Shown: piece by piece, positions 63,465-64,000 of the stretch
How positions within the stretch are numbered: the stretch's first letter is position 1
How the letters are laid out: each line of letters starts with the position of its first letter
NCBI RefSeq assembly: GCF_004010195.1
Contig: NC_057750.1
Location: 19,136,229-19,200,228, forward strand
Reading direction: 5' to 3'
DNA: 64,000 nucleotides
DNA from: Chiloscyllium plagiosum
Taxonomy: Eukaryota
The notes under the pieces: model-generated
The model's database searches: none
Told to the model about the DNA's origin: nothing
What the model saw: only the letters and a program-made list of their open reading frames with translations
Position numbers and translations under genes: made by a program

Positions 63465-63900
63465 GAGAGTGCTCTCAACTCTGAATCTGGATGTTGTAGA
63501 TTCAAGGTTGAGAGTGTGGTGCTGGAAAGACATAGCAGGTCAGGCAGCATCCAAGGAGCAGGAAAATCGACGTTTCAGGCATAAGCCTTTTATCAGGAAT
63601 CAGATTGTAGGTTCAACTCCACTTCGCAGATGTTGGTGGAATATTTAAGCAGTCATCCTAGAGCATTACAGAAGGATTGTTACACTGCTGGAGGAATGTT
63701 AAATCAAAGCTCTGACAACCCTCTCAGGTAGACGTAAAAGGTCTCAGGGTCACTATCTCAAAGAAAAGGAGGAGAATTCTCCCAACTATCATGGACAATA
63801 TTTATCCTTCAACCAGCATCACTAAACGCATTATCTAGCCATTAGCCAATTGCAGTTTCTGGAAGTTTCCTGTGCCAATTGACTGTCATGCTTCAGACAT
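63465..63900 (+). mobile_element. Deu-domain SINE (SacSINE1/AmnSINE1-related), degenerate
   Basis: CCCTCTCAGGTAGACGTAAAAG..CACTAT..CAATATTTATCCTTCAACCAGCATCACTAAA resembles the Deu domain (recalled). Minus copies near 23760-23900 and 43550-43820. Confidence 0.7.
63506..63604 (-). mobile_element. 99-bp pLTR mini-insertion (family B) starting at a decayed hammerhead, 12-bp TSD
   Basis: TSD TTGTAG(A/G)TTCAA at 63494-63505 and 63605-63616. Confidence 0.8.
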
Positions 63901-64000
63901 TAAGGATAGTTTGGGCAAGGGGTTCGAAAATTATTGAAGGTAGATGGGAATGTGGAATTCACAACACAAACAAAACAGCCATGATGTTAATGAGTGGTGG

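Noticed and set aside
1..64000. CRISPR array, rRNA or prokaryotic operon-like systems
   Set aside because: No regularly spaced repeat-spacer array, rRNA-like segment or gene-dense region; the sequence is eukaryotic repeat-rich DNA.

Overview
Repeat-dominated vertebrate genomic DNA, almost certainly from a cartilaginous fish (shark), judged by HE1-type SINEs, Deu-domain SINEs and CR1 LINEs with (TTCTATG)n/(CTCTATGA)n tails. I found no supportable host protein-coding exon. The left end holds a defective class I, HERV-I/IP-like endogenous retrovirus on the minus strand: 5' LTR 3674-4602, tRNA-Pro PBS, gag, amber gag-pol junction, an internally deleted pol, and an env start running off the window. 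The rest is nested CR1, Tx1/L1, L2, Rex-Babar-like, Gypsy and Penelope debris, four solo LTRs, a Tc1/mariner-type MITE, one apparently full-length CR1 (55110-59606) and two N-gaps. The most notable signals are: (1) about ten Penelope-derived insertions, mostly 96-300 bp, that carry a minimal type I hammerhead ribozyme, sit between 9-16 bp target-site duplications, and often fold back at or next to the ribozyme, some with captured filler DNA; (2) a near-perfect ~386-bp-arm palindrome of non-repeat DNA at 8503-9298; (3) an intron-like structure in the CR1 5'UTR; (4) a dense AP-1/TEAD/RUNX motif cluster near 62.7 kb. All calls were made by eye, and boundaries of degenerate repeats are approximate.
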